Source: Candidatus Hodarchaeota archaeon
GTDB lineage: Archaea > Asgardarchaeota > Heimdallarchaeia > Hodarchaeales > Hodarchaeaceae
Length of the DNA: 64,000 nucleotides
Assembly (NCBI GenBank): GCA_029856365.1
Contig: JAHQWW010000001.1
Span: 81,548 to 145,547 of the forward strand
Direction of reading: 5' to 3'
Both the position numbers and the translations under genes were made by a program. The notes beneath the pieces are model-generated. The model was not told where the DNA came from, ran no database searches, and saw nothing but the letters and a program-made list of their open reading frames with translations. Shown in pieces: positions 30,262 to 38,537 of the stretch. How positions within the stretch are numbered: the first letter of the stretch is position 1; each line of letters opens with the position of its first letter.

Positions 30262-30429
30262 TTAATGCTTCAAACCCAAGAAACGGTCGATTTCATCATG
30301 GTAGCGCCGCTGTCTTTCCCTCTCTTTCTGTTGTTCGTTAGATGTTGTATCCATCCAGCTCTCCTTTAAGATCTGATAATACATCGCTATCCGCTTATTA
30401 AAGCTCTCTGGAAATTCTTGGTTACTCAT
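30262..30429 (-). CDS. Possible small basic helical protein (55 aa), absent from the ORF track
   Basis: ATG at 30429 sits 9 nt after GAGG. Product is MSNQEFPESFNKRIAMYYQILKESWMDTTSNEQQKERERQRRYHDEIDRFLGLKH*. It competes with the less protein-like plus-strand ORF 30133-30369. Confidence 0.3.
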   Translation of the reverse strand: MSNQEFPESFNKRIAMYYQILKESWMDTTSNEQQKERERQRRYHDEIDRFLGLKH

Positions 30430-30784
30430 GATTTTCAACCTCTTCTTAGCTTCCTACTTGATAAGTTTCCAAGTTAGTTAATAAACTAGATTGAAACAAT
30501 TTTCAGCAGGGCAAAGGAGACATGTCATACAACTTTATAAGATGTTAAAATTGTAATCTTACTGAGCCTTCTGAGGCTAAAATAGAAAAAAATTCATTAT
30601 CTTTCTAAAAATATGATCTAAGGTTCTCAAAACTGTTTTACAGGAATATGTGCACAGAGGATTTTACTCTTCAGTCAATAATGATTTTATAATAGTTTTA
30701 GTTCTTACAAAATGCACCAAATGTTATACATATAAAAAGTAGAAGTTACGGTCAGAGATAGCCACCTTATAGTGGTGAGAATAG

Positions 30785-31738
30785 ATGAACATCCGTTTTG
30801 GTATTCAGATTGAACCTCAATTGGGATATGATTATAGAACCGTTGAAAAAATAGCATTAAACGCTGAAAAAGTTGGTTATGATTCGATATGGGTAAGTGA
30901 TCATTTTTTTCTTGATAATAAGTCAGAGGAAAGAAATTGCATGGAAGCTTGGACCTTACTCACAGCCTTAGCCTCAAAAACGAGAACTTTGCGGCTTGGT
31001 ACCCTAGTTACAAGTAACAATTACCGATACCCCGCAGTCCTCGCAAAAATAGCTGCATGTGTAGATATTATTTCAAATGGACGATTAGAATTTGGGATTG
31101 GTGCTGGATGGAAAGAGATTGAATACAACGCTTATGGTATTCCATTTCCCTCAATTAAAGATAGAATGGATCAGCTTGAAGAATCAATCCAAATAATCAA
31201 AAAATTATGGATCGAACCTAAAGTTACCTTTGAAGGAAAGCATTATCAAATCAAGAACGCTTTTTCAGCTCCAAAACCAATCCAACAATTACCTCCTATT
31301 TTTATTGGAGGAACTGGGAAAAAAAGAATCCTTAATATGGTTGCTAAATATGCAGATTATTGTAATTTTAGCTGGCCTCGAGATCAGAGTGAAATTCCTG
31401 AATTATTGAACATTCTGAAAAATCATTGTAAAAAAATAAATAGAAATTATGATACTGTTGGAAAATCGTTTTTTGCTTTTGTTATGATTGCAGAAACAGA
31501 AGAAAAGCTGGAGAAACTTTTGAATGAGCTAGCCAAATTACAAAATATGAGTTTCGAAGAATATCGCAAAAGTCTTGGTAAAGGAGTATTCTGTGGAACT
31601 CCTGATTTAATCGAAGAAAGATTATATGATAGAATTAATCAAGGTTTTGATTATTTTCAGATTGAGTTTCCTTATCCTCTTATCTTGGAGCAAAGTAATA
31701 AATTTGCGAAGCTAATTTTTTCCAGATTTCGAACTTGA
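30785..31738 (+). CDS. Luciferase-like (LLM-class) flavin/F420-dependent oxidoreductase
   Basis: MNIRFGIQIEP...GYDSIWVSDHFF...GRLEFGIGAGW pattern typical of LLM oxidoreductases. Confidence 0.8.
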   Translation: MNIRFGIQIEPQLGYDYRTVEKIALNAEKVGYDSIWVSDHFFLDNKSEERNCMEAWTLLTALASKTRTLRLGTLVTSNNYRYPAVLAKIAACVDIISNGRLEFGIGAGWKEIEYNAYGIPFPSIKDRMDQLEESIQIIKKLWIEPKVTFEGKHYQIKNAFSAPKPIQQLPPIFIGGTGKKRILNMVAKYADYCNFSWPRDQSEIPELLNILKNHCKKINRNYDTVGKSFFAFVMIAETEEKLEKLLNELAKLQNMSFEEYRKSLGKGVFCGTPDLIEERLYDRINQGFDYFQIEFPYPLILEQSNKFAKLIFSRFRT

Positions 31739-32106
31739 TGAGTTATTTAAGCATTTACATAACAAATGTGTATTAACCAACGACATATTGACGTATTAAA
31801 TTTAAAATAAATAAAAATTAAAGAAAAATTAAAGAAATTAACAAATATAACTGTAAGAAACAGGTGAACTTGGAATCCTTAATTATTCGCGCTATCCAAC
31901 TCACAAGAAATTCATAAGATAAACAACTTATTGTTGGGATTCTTATCGAAATGAATCTGACTTAATTTTCTTAATAAACTTAGGAGGAGGTATGAAAAAA
32001 TGGGAGAAATAATGGAATTATCAAGAATAATCCAAAATTATTACATGATAGTCCTCAACCTTTCGTCTTTTATATTATCATCTATAGGAAATAACTTATT
32101 ATATGA

Positions 32107-32403
32107 TTACTCCGGTAATTCTTTGGAAATAGAAACATAATCCTCCACTGGTATAGTGACTAATGTTTCCGTCCGTACTTCTCCAGATCTTGCGATTCTA
32201 AGCACAGCTTTCATCATGGTGTTATTATCAGGAAATTCTGTAATTGCTACAAAATCATATCGTCCAAATGTATAGAAAAGGTGCTTGATTTCTCCTTGAT
32301 ATTCTTTAACCCAATCATGAGTTGTTTTGAGTTTTTCATCTGTTTCTTTTACTTCTTCTATTCCTTTTTGTGTATAATTTCCTAAAACAATATAAATTGG
32401 CAT
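32107..32403 (-). CDS. GYD-domain protein
   Basis: MPIYIVLGNYTQKGIEEVKET...FGRYDFVAITEFPDNNTMMKAVLRIARSGEVRTETL. AAGGAGG sits upstream of the ATG. Confidence 0.75.
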   Translation of the reverse strand: MPIYIVLGNYTQKGIEEVKETDEKLKTTHDWVKEYQGEIKHLFYTFGRYDFVAITEFPDNNTMMKAVLRIARSGEVRTETLVTIPVEDYVSISKELPE

Positions 32404-32620
32404 AGCTTTTCCTCCTTATGAGTTTCTTAGTTCTTTTTGAGATTTTTCTGAACTATATTGAAAGAATTTCAATCAGTACCTGTAATTTCGAGCTTTTATC
32501 TTTTTAAGTTTTATCTGTAAAACCTCTTCTCATTAAATTTACTTATTCAATAGTATTACCTAAAAAATAGTACAAATTTTCTTTCAATATAATTAATAAA
32601 GGATGCTTTATTTAGAATGA

Positions 32621-32877
32621 GATCTTAGGATTCAGATTGGGAGCCATGATACCAAATCATCATCAAGATTATCCAAAATCTTTGGTTATGCTGCAGGAAG
32701 GATTGCTGATGCTCTGAAAAGACAAGGGGGATCCTTATAGCACAACCAGAAGGATTTTTTGTTAAAGAAATAAAAGGTCAGCTAAGAGAAGGAGAATTAG
32801 AGCGTGCTGAAAGCTGGGCGAAAGATATTGTTGAGAATAAACAGAAATATCAAATATTACTATTATACTGTTTTTGA
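32621..32877 (+). pseudogene. Remnant of a flavodoxin-like gene (no start codon, one frameshift)
   Basis: Two open segments in different frames: ...SKIFGYAAGRIADALKRQGGSL* (to 32740) and ...IAQPEGFFVKEIKGQLREGELERAESWAKDIVENKQKYQ...* (32710-32877). Neither has a start. The family call is by resemblance only. Confidence 0.3.
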
Positions 32878-33336
32878 TTGTATTGTAAAGCAGTTGTATT
32901 ACTTTTGTTAATCTAACCAACGCTATTTTTGTAATTCATATAAGAATAGATAACTCATGAAAAACCTTACATTTGCTTCATATACTTGAATAACAATGAG
33001 AGGGATTAGTAGATACAAAAAGTCAAACGTCATTTTGACTAGCTTTAGCAATGGCTAATGCATTCAATAAGTAGTCCTGAATCTGACTTTGTTTAATTCT
33101 TTGCCTCAATGTTGCATTTTTTTTGGAGAAATTCCTCCCATTCCTCAAATTTACTCTTTATACCTTCTTCTTGAAGTATTATGAACGAGTACTTACAGTA
33201 CTTACAAGAAAGAAACGATTAGGTAAAAAACTCCCCCATAATATTAAACCTTCAAAGGTAAATTAGTTGGTCATTCAACTGATGAACTATCCATTGATAT
33301 ATTACTTTTTATATAACGTTTTATATAAAAAACTAG

Positions 33337-33480
33337 ATATACCCAACGTTAAACGACATTATACGTATCAATATACGGATATTCGGTAACTTATCCAACG
33401 TTAAAAGACATTATTCGTATACGTATATTTAGTAACATATCCAACGATAAAAGACATTTTACGTGTGTCTTTACGTAAGT
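33337..33480. repeat. Three tandem direct repeats (54, 46 and 44 bp) with a conserved ~27-bp core
   Basis: Units start at 33337, 33391 and 33437. Core is (a/t)TAT(a)CCAACG(T/A)TAAA(A)(C/A)GACATT(A/T)T(A/T/C)CGT. Each unit has an AACGTT/AACGAT box and a TACGTA-type box. A degenerate fourth copy lies near 33488. Confidence 0.75.
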
Positions 33481-33765
33481 TCATTGCCATATTCAACGAA
33501 TTGTTCTGAACAAAGTTATAGCTTTGTAGATGGCTTTTTACATTACTTTTCTTTTTTAATTTCAAGACAAGGAGCTTAGTTGAATATGTATTTAATGCGA
33601 TGTTTATTGATGCTGCTCGGACACGACTCTCATAAAAGGAGTGGTTACTAAAATCCATCAGATCTGTGTGCTGGAACAATCCTAGAACAAAGTATTACTG
33701 AATTATGACACCAATTCTAATACTAGTACTCTGTAGGATTCGAAAAAAAAAACTTGGGATTTACA

Positions 33766-34233
33766 ATGAAAGGTTTAACTCATGTTTTTTTCGGTGTGGG
33801 GTTTGTTAGTCTATTGCTAGGTATCTTCAGGATTCCAATCATTATGTGGGGAGTTGGTACATTTTTAATTGCACCATTTTTTTCTCGATTACCCGATCAG
33901 GATCAAAAAATCGCACGAATCACCTTCAATCAGATTGTACCTCACCGAGGAAAAGGGACACACAATCTTTTGTATGGGATACCTCTATTAGGGCTTATTC
34001 TAATTGTAAATTGGCCTATTATAGGCCATCTTCTGATATTGTTTGTTGGGTCAATTTTTGGGTCACTTTTTGCTCATGCATTCATCGATGCGTTTAATTA
34101 TGGCGGAGTATGGATTGGGATTTTTCGAGTGAAAGGATTTCTTGATTGGGATTCTTTCTGGGGAAATCTTGGTTTCAAAATAGGGGGGATCATATTAATT
34201 CTATTATCTTTACTCTGTTACATAGATATATGA
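33766..34233 (+). CDS. Membrane-bound metal-dependent hydrolase-like protein (DUF457/YdjM-like)
   Basis: N-terminal LTHVFFG, PHRGKGTHNLL, about four TM segments. Start set to ATG 33766. Confidence 0.5.
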   Translation: MKGLTHVFFGVGFVSLLLGIFRIPIIMWGVGTFLIAPFFSRLPDQDQKIARITFNQIVPHRGKGTHNLLYGIPLLGLILIVNWPIIGHLLILFVGSIFGSLFAHAFIDAFNYGGVWIGIFRVKGFLDWDSFWGNLGFKIGGIILILLSLLCYIDI

Positions 34234-34316
34234 TGAGTACGTGCAAGGGAAATGATATTTGTAACTAATAAATTAACCCAGAAAATTGAGATTGGAAAGA
34301 ATTTTTGGGAAATCTT

Positions 34317-34886
34317 ATGAAAAAAGAACGATTCAAAGGGTTTGTAAAACTTTCTTTAGCCCATCATCCGTTGTGTTGGCAATTCAGACCCCATACCATC
34401 CATATTGATGGGATCGTTCTTTGTTTGGGATGTACTGGATTTTACAGTGGAATATTAATTGGCACCTTAATTATTATATTTGGAAGCTTCTTTCAATTCG
34501 ATTGGTTTAGTTTGGTCAGTATTGCAACGATTTTCGCGCTTCCTACAATTTTTCGTTTACTAAAAATTCCGTTGTTTGTTTCTGCAAAAAAGAGTCTTAG
34601 ATTTTTATTTCGATGGTTACTCGGAATTGGTGTTTCTATTGGACTAATTTCTGTAATTAGGGCCCCGAATCTAGTAATTGGCTTAGTTCAATTTGTTTTG
34701 GGCTTCGGATTGTACTTAGGTATAGCATTTAATCGAATCCGATCAAAAGACATGTGGACTGAATGTCAGAATTGTTCTCACACCATGTCACTTGATTGTC
34801 CAGGGTTTGCACCCTTTTATCCTAGAAACGAGTCGAGAGAGGAAATTAAAAATCAATATAAATTAAATGAGAATATGACAAGTTGA
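34317..34886 (+). CDS. DUF2085-like membrane protein with Cys motifs
   Basis: HHPLCWQFRPH...VLCLGCTGFYSG matches the C.Q...C.RCtG.Y.G rhythm. About four TM segments. C-terminal CQNCSH...DCPGF. Start set to ATG 34317. Confidence 0.5.
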   Translation: MKKERFKGFVKLSLAHHPLCWQFRPHTIHIDGIVLCLGCTGFYSGILIGTLIIIFGSFFQFDWFSLVSIATIFALPTIFRLLKIPLFVSAKKSLRFLFRWLLGIGVSIGLISVIRAPNLVIGLVQFVLGFGLYLGIAFNRIRSKDMWTECQNCSHTMSLDCPGFAPFYPRNESREEIKNQYKLNENMTS

Positions 34887-34905
34887 TCACCGAAGTGAAA
34901 GTAAA

Positions 34906-35616
34906 ATGGCTAAAGCACTCTATTTAGAAGATATGTTGCTAAAAGAATTTGACGCAGAAGTTGTTTCTGTAAAGGATGGGAAATATGTAGTTTTAGATCA
35001 AACTGCGTTTTATCCTAAATCCGGTGGTATCGCAAACGATGAGGGAACTCTTACTAGAGGGTCTGATATTTTTAATGTTGTATATGTTGGTAAGTTTGGA
35101 GGAGAGATATCCCATGAGGTTGACAAAGAAGGACTTATCCCTGGTGATAAGGTGACCGGGAAATTGGATTGGGATCGACGGTATCATCTGATGAGGTATC
35201 ACACAGCAGCTCACGTTTTAAGCGGCGCTTTCTATAAGAATCTAGGAGCTAAGATCACAGGAAACGATATTGCTAGCCTTGATCAAGGACGTATAGATTT
35301 TAACTTGGAACAATTCGATCGTTCATTAATCGAGGAACAGGTAGAGAATAGTAATAAAATCATCCAAGAAGATCACCCTGTAGAAGTTTATTACCTCGAT
35401 CGATCAGAAGTAGAAAAGGACCCTGATTTAATAAAGCTAGCTATGGGGATTCCTAAAGGTATTAAGACCATTAGGATTGTCGATATTAAGAATTTTGATC
35501 GTCAACCTGACGGAGGGTGCCACATTCAATCATTGAAAGAAATTGGTAAAATAAGCGTTATAAAACTCGTGAATAAGGGAAAGAACAATAGGAGACTCTA
35601 CTTCACTATAGAATAA
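34906..35616 (+). CDS. alaX: Alanyl-tRNA editing protein AlaX (AlaX-M type)
   Basis: TAFYPKSGGIANDEGTL, HTAAHVLSGAF (HxxxH) and GGCHIQSLKEIG (CxxxH). Confidence 0.85.
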   Translation: MAKALYLEDMLLKEFDAEVVSVKDGKYVVLDQTAFYPKSGGIANDEGTLTRGSDIFNVVYVGKFGGEISHEVDKEGLIPGDKVTGKLDWDRRYHLMRYHTAAHVLSGAFYKNLGAKITGNDIASLDQGRIDFNLEQFDRSLIEEQVENSNKIIQEDHPVEVYYLDRSEVEKDPDLIKLAMGIPKGIKTIRIVDIKNFDRQPDGGCHIQSLKEIGKISVIKLVNKGKNNRRLYFTIE

Positions 35617-35641
35617 AAACTATAATCTGCTTGATGATTCA

Positions 35642-36361
35642 ATGAAAGTGTGTATTTTTGGTGATCTGCACGGAGAACCGTTAAAAATCCCAGTAGCGAA
35701 TACTTACCTATTAGTAGGAGATTTTTCAGAATATTTCGATACTAGTGATTCTATATGGAAATTTTTTGTGAAAGCGCTTTTATCACGTTCAACTAAAGAG
35801 AAAAATCAGATGTTTTCTTCGGATAAAATGGCTAAAGCTATTCATTTATCAATAGAATCATGCATTAAGACTTTATAGGTTTTTGATGATCTCGAGAAAC
35901 CTGTTTATTATGTTACTGGTAATCGTGAGTTTTTTCCTGACTTTATTATAAAACAATTTAATTTTAATGTTTCTTTTTTCTTAGAAAGATCAGAGGAATT
36001 AAACAATTGTGTATGCATTGACTTAAAAAAAATAAATCTTGGTAAAAAGAGCGTCTTTGGTATCCCCTATATTCCAACTGGATTTCATAGCGAAGACTGG
36101 AATTTGCCTGGGTTTAAAAAAATCTGGGATCACAATGCAGAAGAAACAAAAGAATTCTTGCAAAAATCTCCATTTTCAGATATTGTTCTAGCTCATAATC
36201 CTCCTCTGGGAGTTCTTGATGCTCATCATGATAATACACATCTTGGCATTGATTTCTTAGCAGAATATGTTTTAAATAAGAAACCCGAACTGTATATCTG
36301 CGGTCATGCTCATGGTTATTATGGAGAACAAATTTTTGGTGAAACACTAATTAAGAATTAA
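35642..36361 (+). pseudogene. Calcineurin-like metallophosphoesterase interrupted by one in-frame TAG (35876-35878): pseudogene or recoded gene
   Basis: The track ORFs 35642-35878 and 36104-36361 share one frame, open throughout except for the TAG. Motifs span the stop: FGDLHG and LLVGDF before it; YYVTGNREF, LAHNPP and CGHAHG after it. No start codon lies between the TAG and TTG 36104. Confidence 0.75.
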
Positions 36362-36435
36362 GGATTTAGAAATTTTGAGATTATAGAATTATAATTTCGG
36401 TTATAAAAGTAAAAAAAGGAGGAAGTTTCAATCTT

Positions 36436-37173
36436 TCATTTTTTCTTAAAGGCTTCAATTATCAAAAATGAATCTCTCTCCTTGAAGGGTGAAAAATAAT
36501 AATCACCATATTCATTCTTAATTGAAAAGCCTGTTTCTTGTAACAATTCGTGGACTTTTTCTCGTGAAGTAGTAACTGCCGCTGATGGTTGTTCAATTTT
36601 CTCAATTAGTTTTCCTTGTTTGTAAGTCTTATAGACAAGCAGTACTTCTATTGTTTTATCTGGGAGAGTTTTGGTACCAATGAACCGTTGGTATTCATAA
36701 TCCCCTCTTTTAATAGTATCAATAAGTGATAACGGAGAATCTTTCATACCTCCAATATAAACATCAAAGATAAGCTTCCCTTCAAGTTTTAAATGACGAT
36801 TAATGTTTTGAAGTGATGCAATTCTCTCATTAGAAGGAATATGATCAAAACTACCAGAAAGAAATGCAGCTGGGAAAGTTTCGGTCAGTTTGAAAGATTG
36901 AACGTCTCCAGCTATCAGAGTAATTTTATCAGAGAGATCAGGTTGGAGTTTAAATTTTTGAGAAAATTCATTTCTCATAGCTGGAGAAGGTTCAATACAG
37001 ATAACTTTTACTCCTCTCTTTGCTAAGGGGATTGCAATTCTCCCCGTACCTGCTCCTATATCTAGGATCAGACCAGCTTCTTTCCCATACCGATAGAAAA
37101 AGTCAATGTTATCTTTGTTATCAAATATGTCATACAAATGAGCAGCTTTTTCGTAACCTTTATTCACTACCAT
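36436..37173 (-). CDS. Class I SAM-dependent methyltransferase (small-molecule type)
   Basis: ILDIGAGTGRIAIPLAKRGVKVICIEPS motif I/II. 245 aa. Confidence 0.8.
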   Translation of the reverse strand: MVVNKGYEKAAHLYDIFDNKDNIDFFYRYGKEAGLILDIGAGTGRIAIPLAKRGVKVICIEPSPAMRNEFSQKFKLQPDLSDKITLIAGDVQSFKLTETFPAAFLSGSFDHIPSNERIASLQNINRHLKLEGKLIFDVYIGGMKDSPLSLIDTIKRGDYEYQRFIGTKTLPDKTIEVLLVYKTYKQGKLIEKIEQPSAAVTTSREKVHELLQETGFSIKNEYGDYYFSPFKERDSFLIIEAFKKK

Positions 37174-37420
37174 ATTTCCTCAATTTCCTTCGATTTATAT
37201 ATCAGAGAAAGGACAAATAATAATGAATTAGAAGAGAAAAATTAAATCATGCAATTGAGAATGTTTGGTTAAATATAAATTTAGATTAAGGCAATGAATT
37301 GTATTTCCGTTGACGTATTGTTCAAATAATCATCTTTATTGTTCCCTTAATAGTCTTTTTTGAAAATTTCAAACTAAAAAAAATGTAGTTCTTAAAACAA
37401 ACTATTTGGTCTGCTTTATT

Positions 37421-38536
37421 ATGCTATCTAGAGAAGGTATTATCCAATTTCTCGCAAATTTGGCGACTCTCTCGGTCTTTACATACATTCCTTATTGGGG
37501 GCACCGAATTGGCCTTTCTAATCCAGAGATTGCCCTTACTGCGTTAATCTATGGCATAATTGCATTCAGTTCCGGTATTCTTTCAGGGAGGCTATCAGAT
37601 TTAGTCGGAGTTAGGAAAATTTTTGTTATCATAGGTTCACTCTCTGCGGCAGCGGCTATTATTGGATTAATTATCCCCTATAAATTCGAATTTGTACTTT
37701 TCAGAGGCCTCAGCGGTATTGGAATGGGGATGTTTGCTCCTGCACTTGTTGCTTTGGTTTCAGACAAAGGGGATAAGATTGGTAACTTTTCAGCATACGG
37801 ATCATTTGGTTGGGCTGTTGGAGTTCTTGTCAGTGGTATCATAGGCTTATTCTGTATTGAGGGAATTTTCATTTTTGCTTCTCTTTCGTTCATTGGAGCA
37901 GCATTAATAGCATTTACCCTCATCGAAGAGAAGTCAATCTCTAAAAAGTACAAAGATTCTGTTCTTGTGGTTTTTTGGGAACGGAAGGAAGTCTTTTTAA
38001 CTTTGACCATAAGACACAGCTTTGCTTCAGCAATATGGGTTTTTTGGTCATTATTTCTTATAATCGAATTGGGAGCTGATACATTTTGGGTTGGAATTAT
38101 ACAATGCTGCAATGGTTTAACCCAAGCCATCGTTATGAATACTCTTACTGATAAATTGAACAGTCGAAGAATGATTTCTTTGGGTTTGATTTTATCAAGC
38201 ATTTCATTTATTTCTTTTACGATCCCACAAACTTTCTGGGGAATCATTCCTCTCCAAGTCATTCTTGGCTTTTCTTGGGCTTTTCTTTATGTGGGAACGT
38301 TACGCTCTTCTATTGAACAGAGTAGTTTTGATAAATCAACAGCTGCAGGGATAATTACTAGCATATTACCTGTAGCAAGTCTCATAGGCTCATTCATTGC
38401 ATTAATCATAACTGCCATTGGTGGGAGTTACATTGACATAATGCTAGTAGCAACAATTGCTACTCTCATAACTTTAAGCGGATTTCTCTTCACTGAGAGG
38501 AGGTCTCAGATCAGTGCTGAAAAGACGTTAGAATAG
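37421..38536 (+). CDS. MFS transporter
   Basis: About 10-12 TM segments. MFS signature-like GRLSDLVGVRK between TM2 and TM3. Start set to ATG 37421. Confidence 0.7.
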   Translation: MLSREGIIQFLANLATLSVFTYIPYWGHRIGLSNPEIALTALIYGIIAFSSGILSGRLSDLVGVRKIFVIIGSLSAAAAIIGLIIPYKFEFVLFRGLSGIGMGMFAPALVALVSDKGDKIGNFSAYGSFGWAVGVLVSGIIGLFCIEGIFIFASLSFIGAALIAFTLIEEKSISKKYKDSVLVVFWERKEVFLTLTIRHSFASAIWVFWSLFLIIELGADTFWVGIIQCCNGLTQAIVMNTLTDKLNSRRMISLGLILSSISFISFTIPQTFWGIIPLQVILGFSWAFLYVGTLRSSIEQSSFDKSTAAGIITSILPVASLIGSFIALIITAIGGSYIDIMLVATIATLITLSGFLFTERRSQISAEKTLE

Positions 38537-38537
38537 G

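Noticed and set aside
30133-30369. 78-aa plus-strand ORF in the 29.7-30.8 kb spacer
   Set aside because: It has a GTG start, a poly-Lys N-terminus and an implausible composition. A better minus-strand small ORF overlaps it.
33337-33480. Tandem repeats considered as a mini CRISPR array
   Set aside because: There are only three contiguous, imperfect units of 44-54 bp. No unique 30-40 bp spacers lie between conserved repeats. No cas genes or leader are present. This fits iterons or tandem duplication better.
33401-33679. 92-aa minus-strand ORF in the gene-poor tract
   Set aside because: It reads straight through the tandem repeats. It is low-complexity, Asn/Lys/Ser-rich, with no RBS and no motif.
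37678-38262. 194-aa minus-strand ORF inside the MFS transporter gene
   Set aside because: It is a shadow ORF of a multi-TM transporter gene. Its composition is not protein-like.
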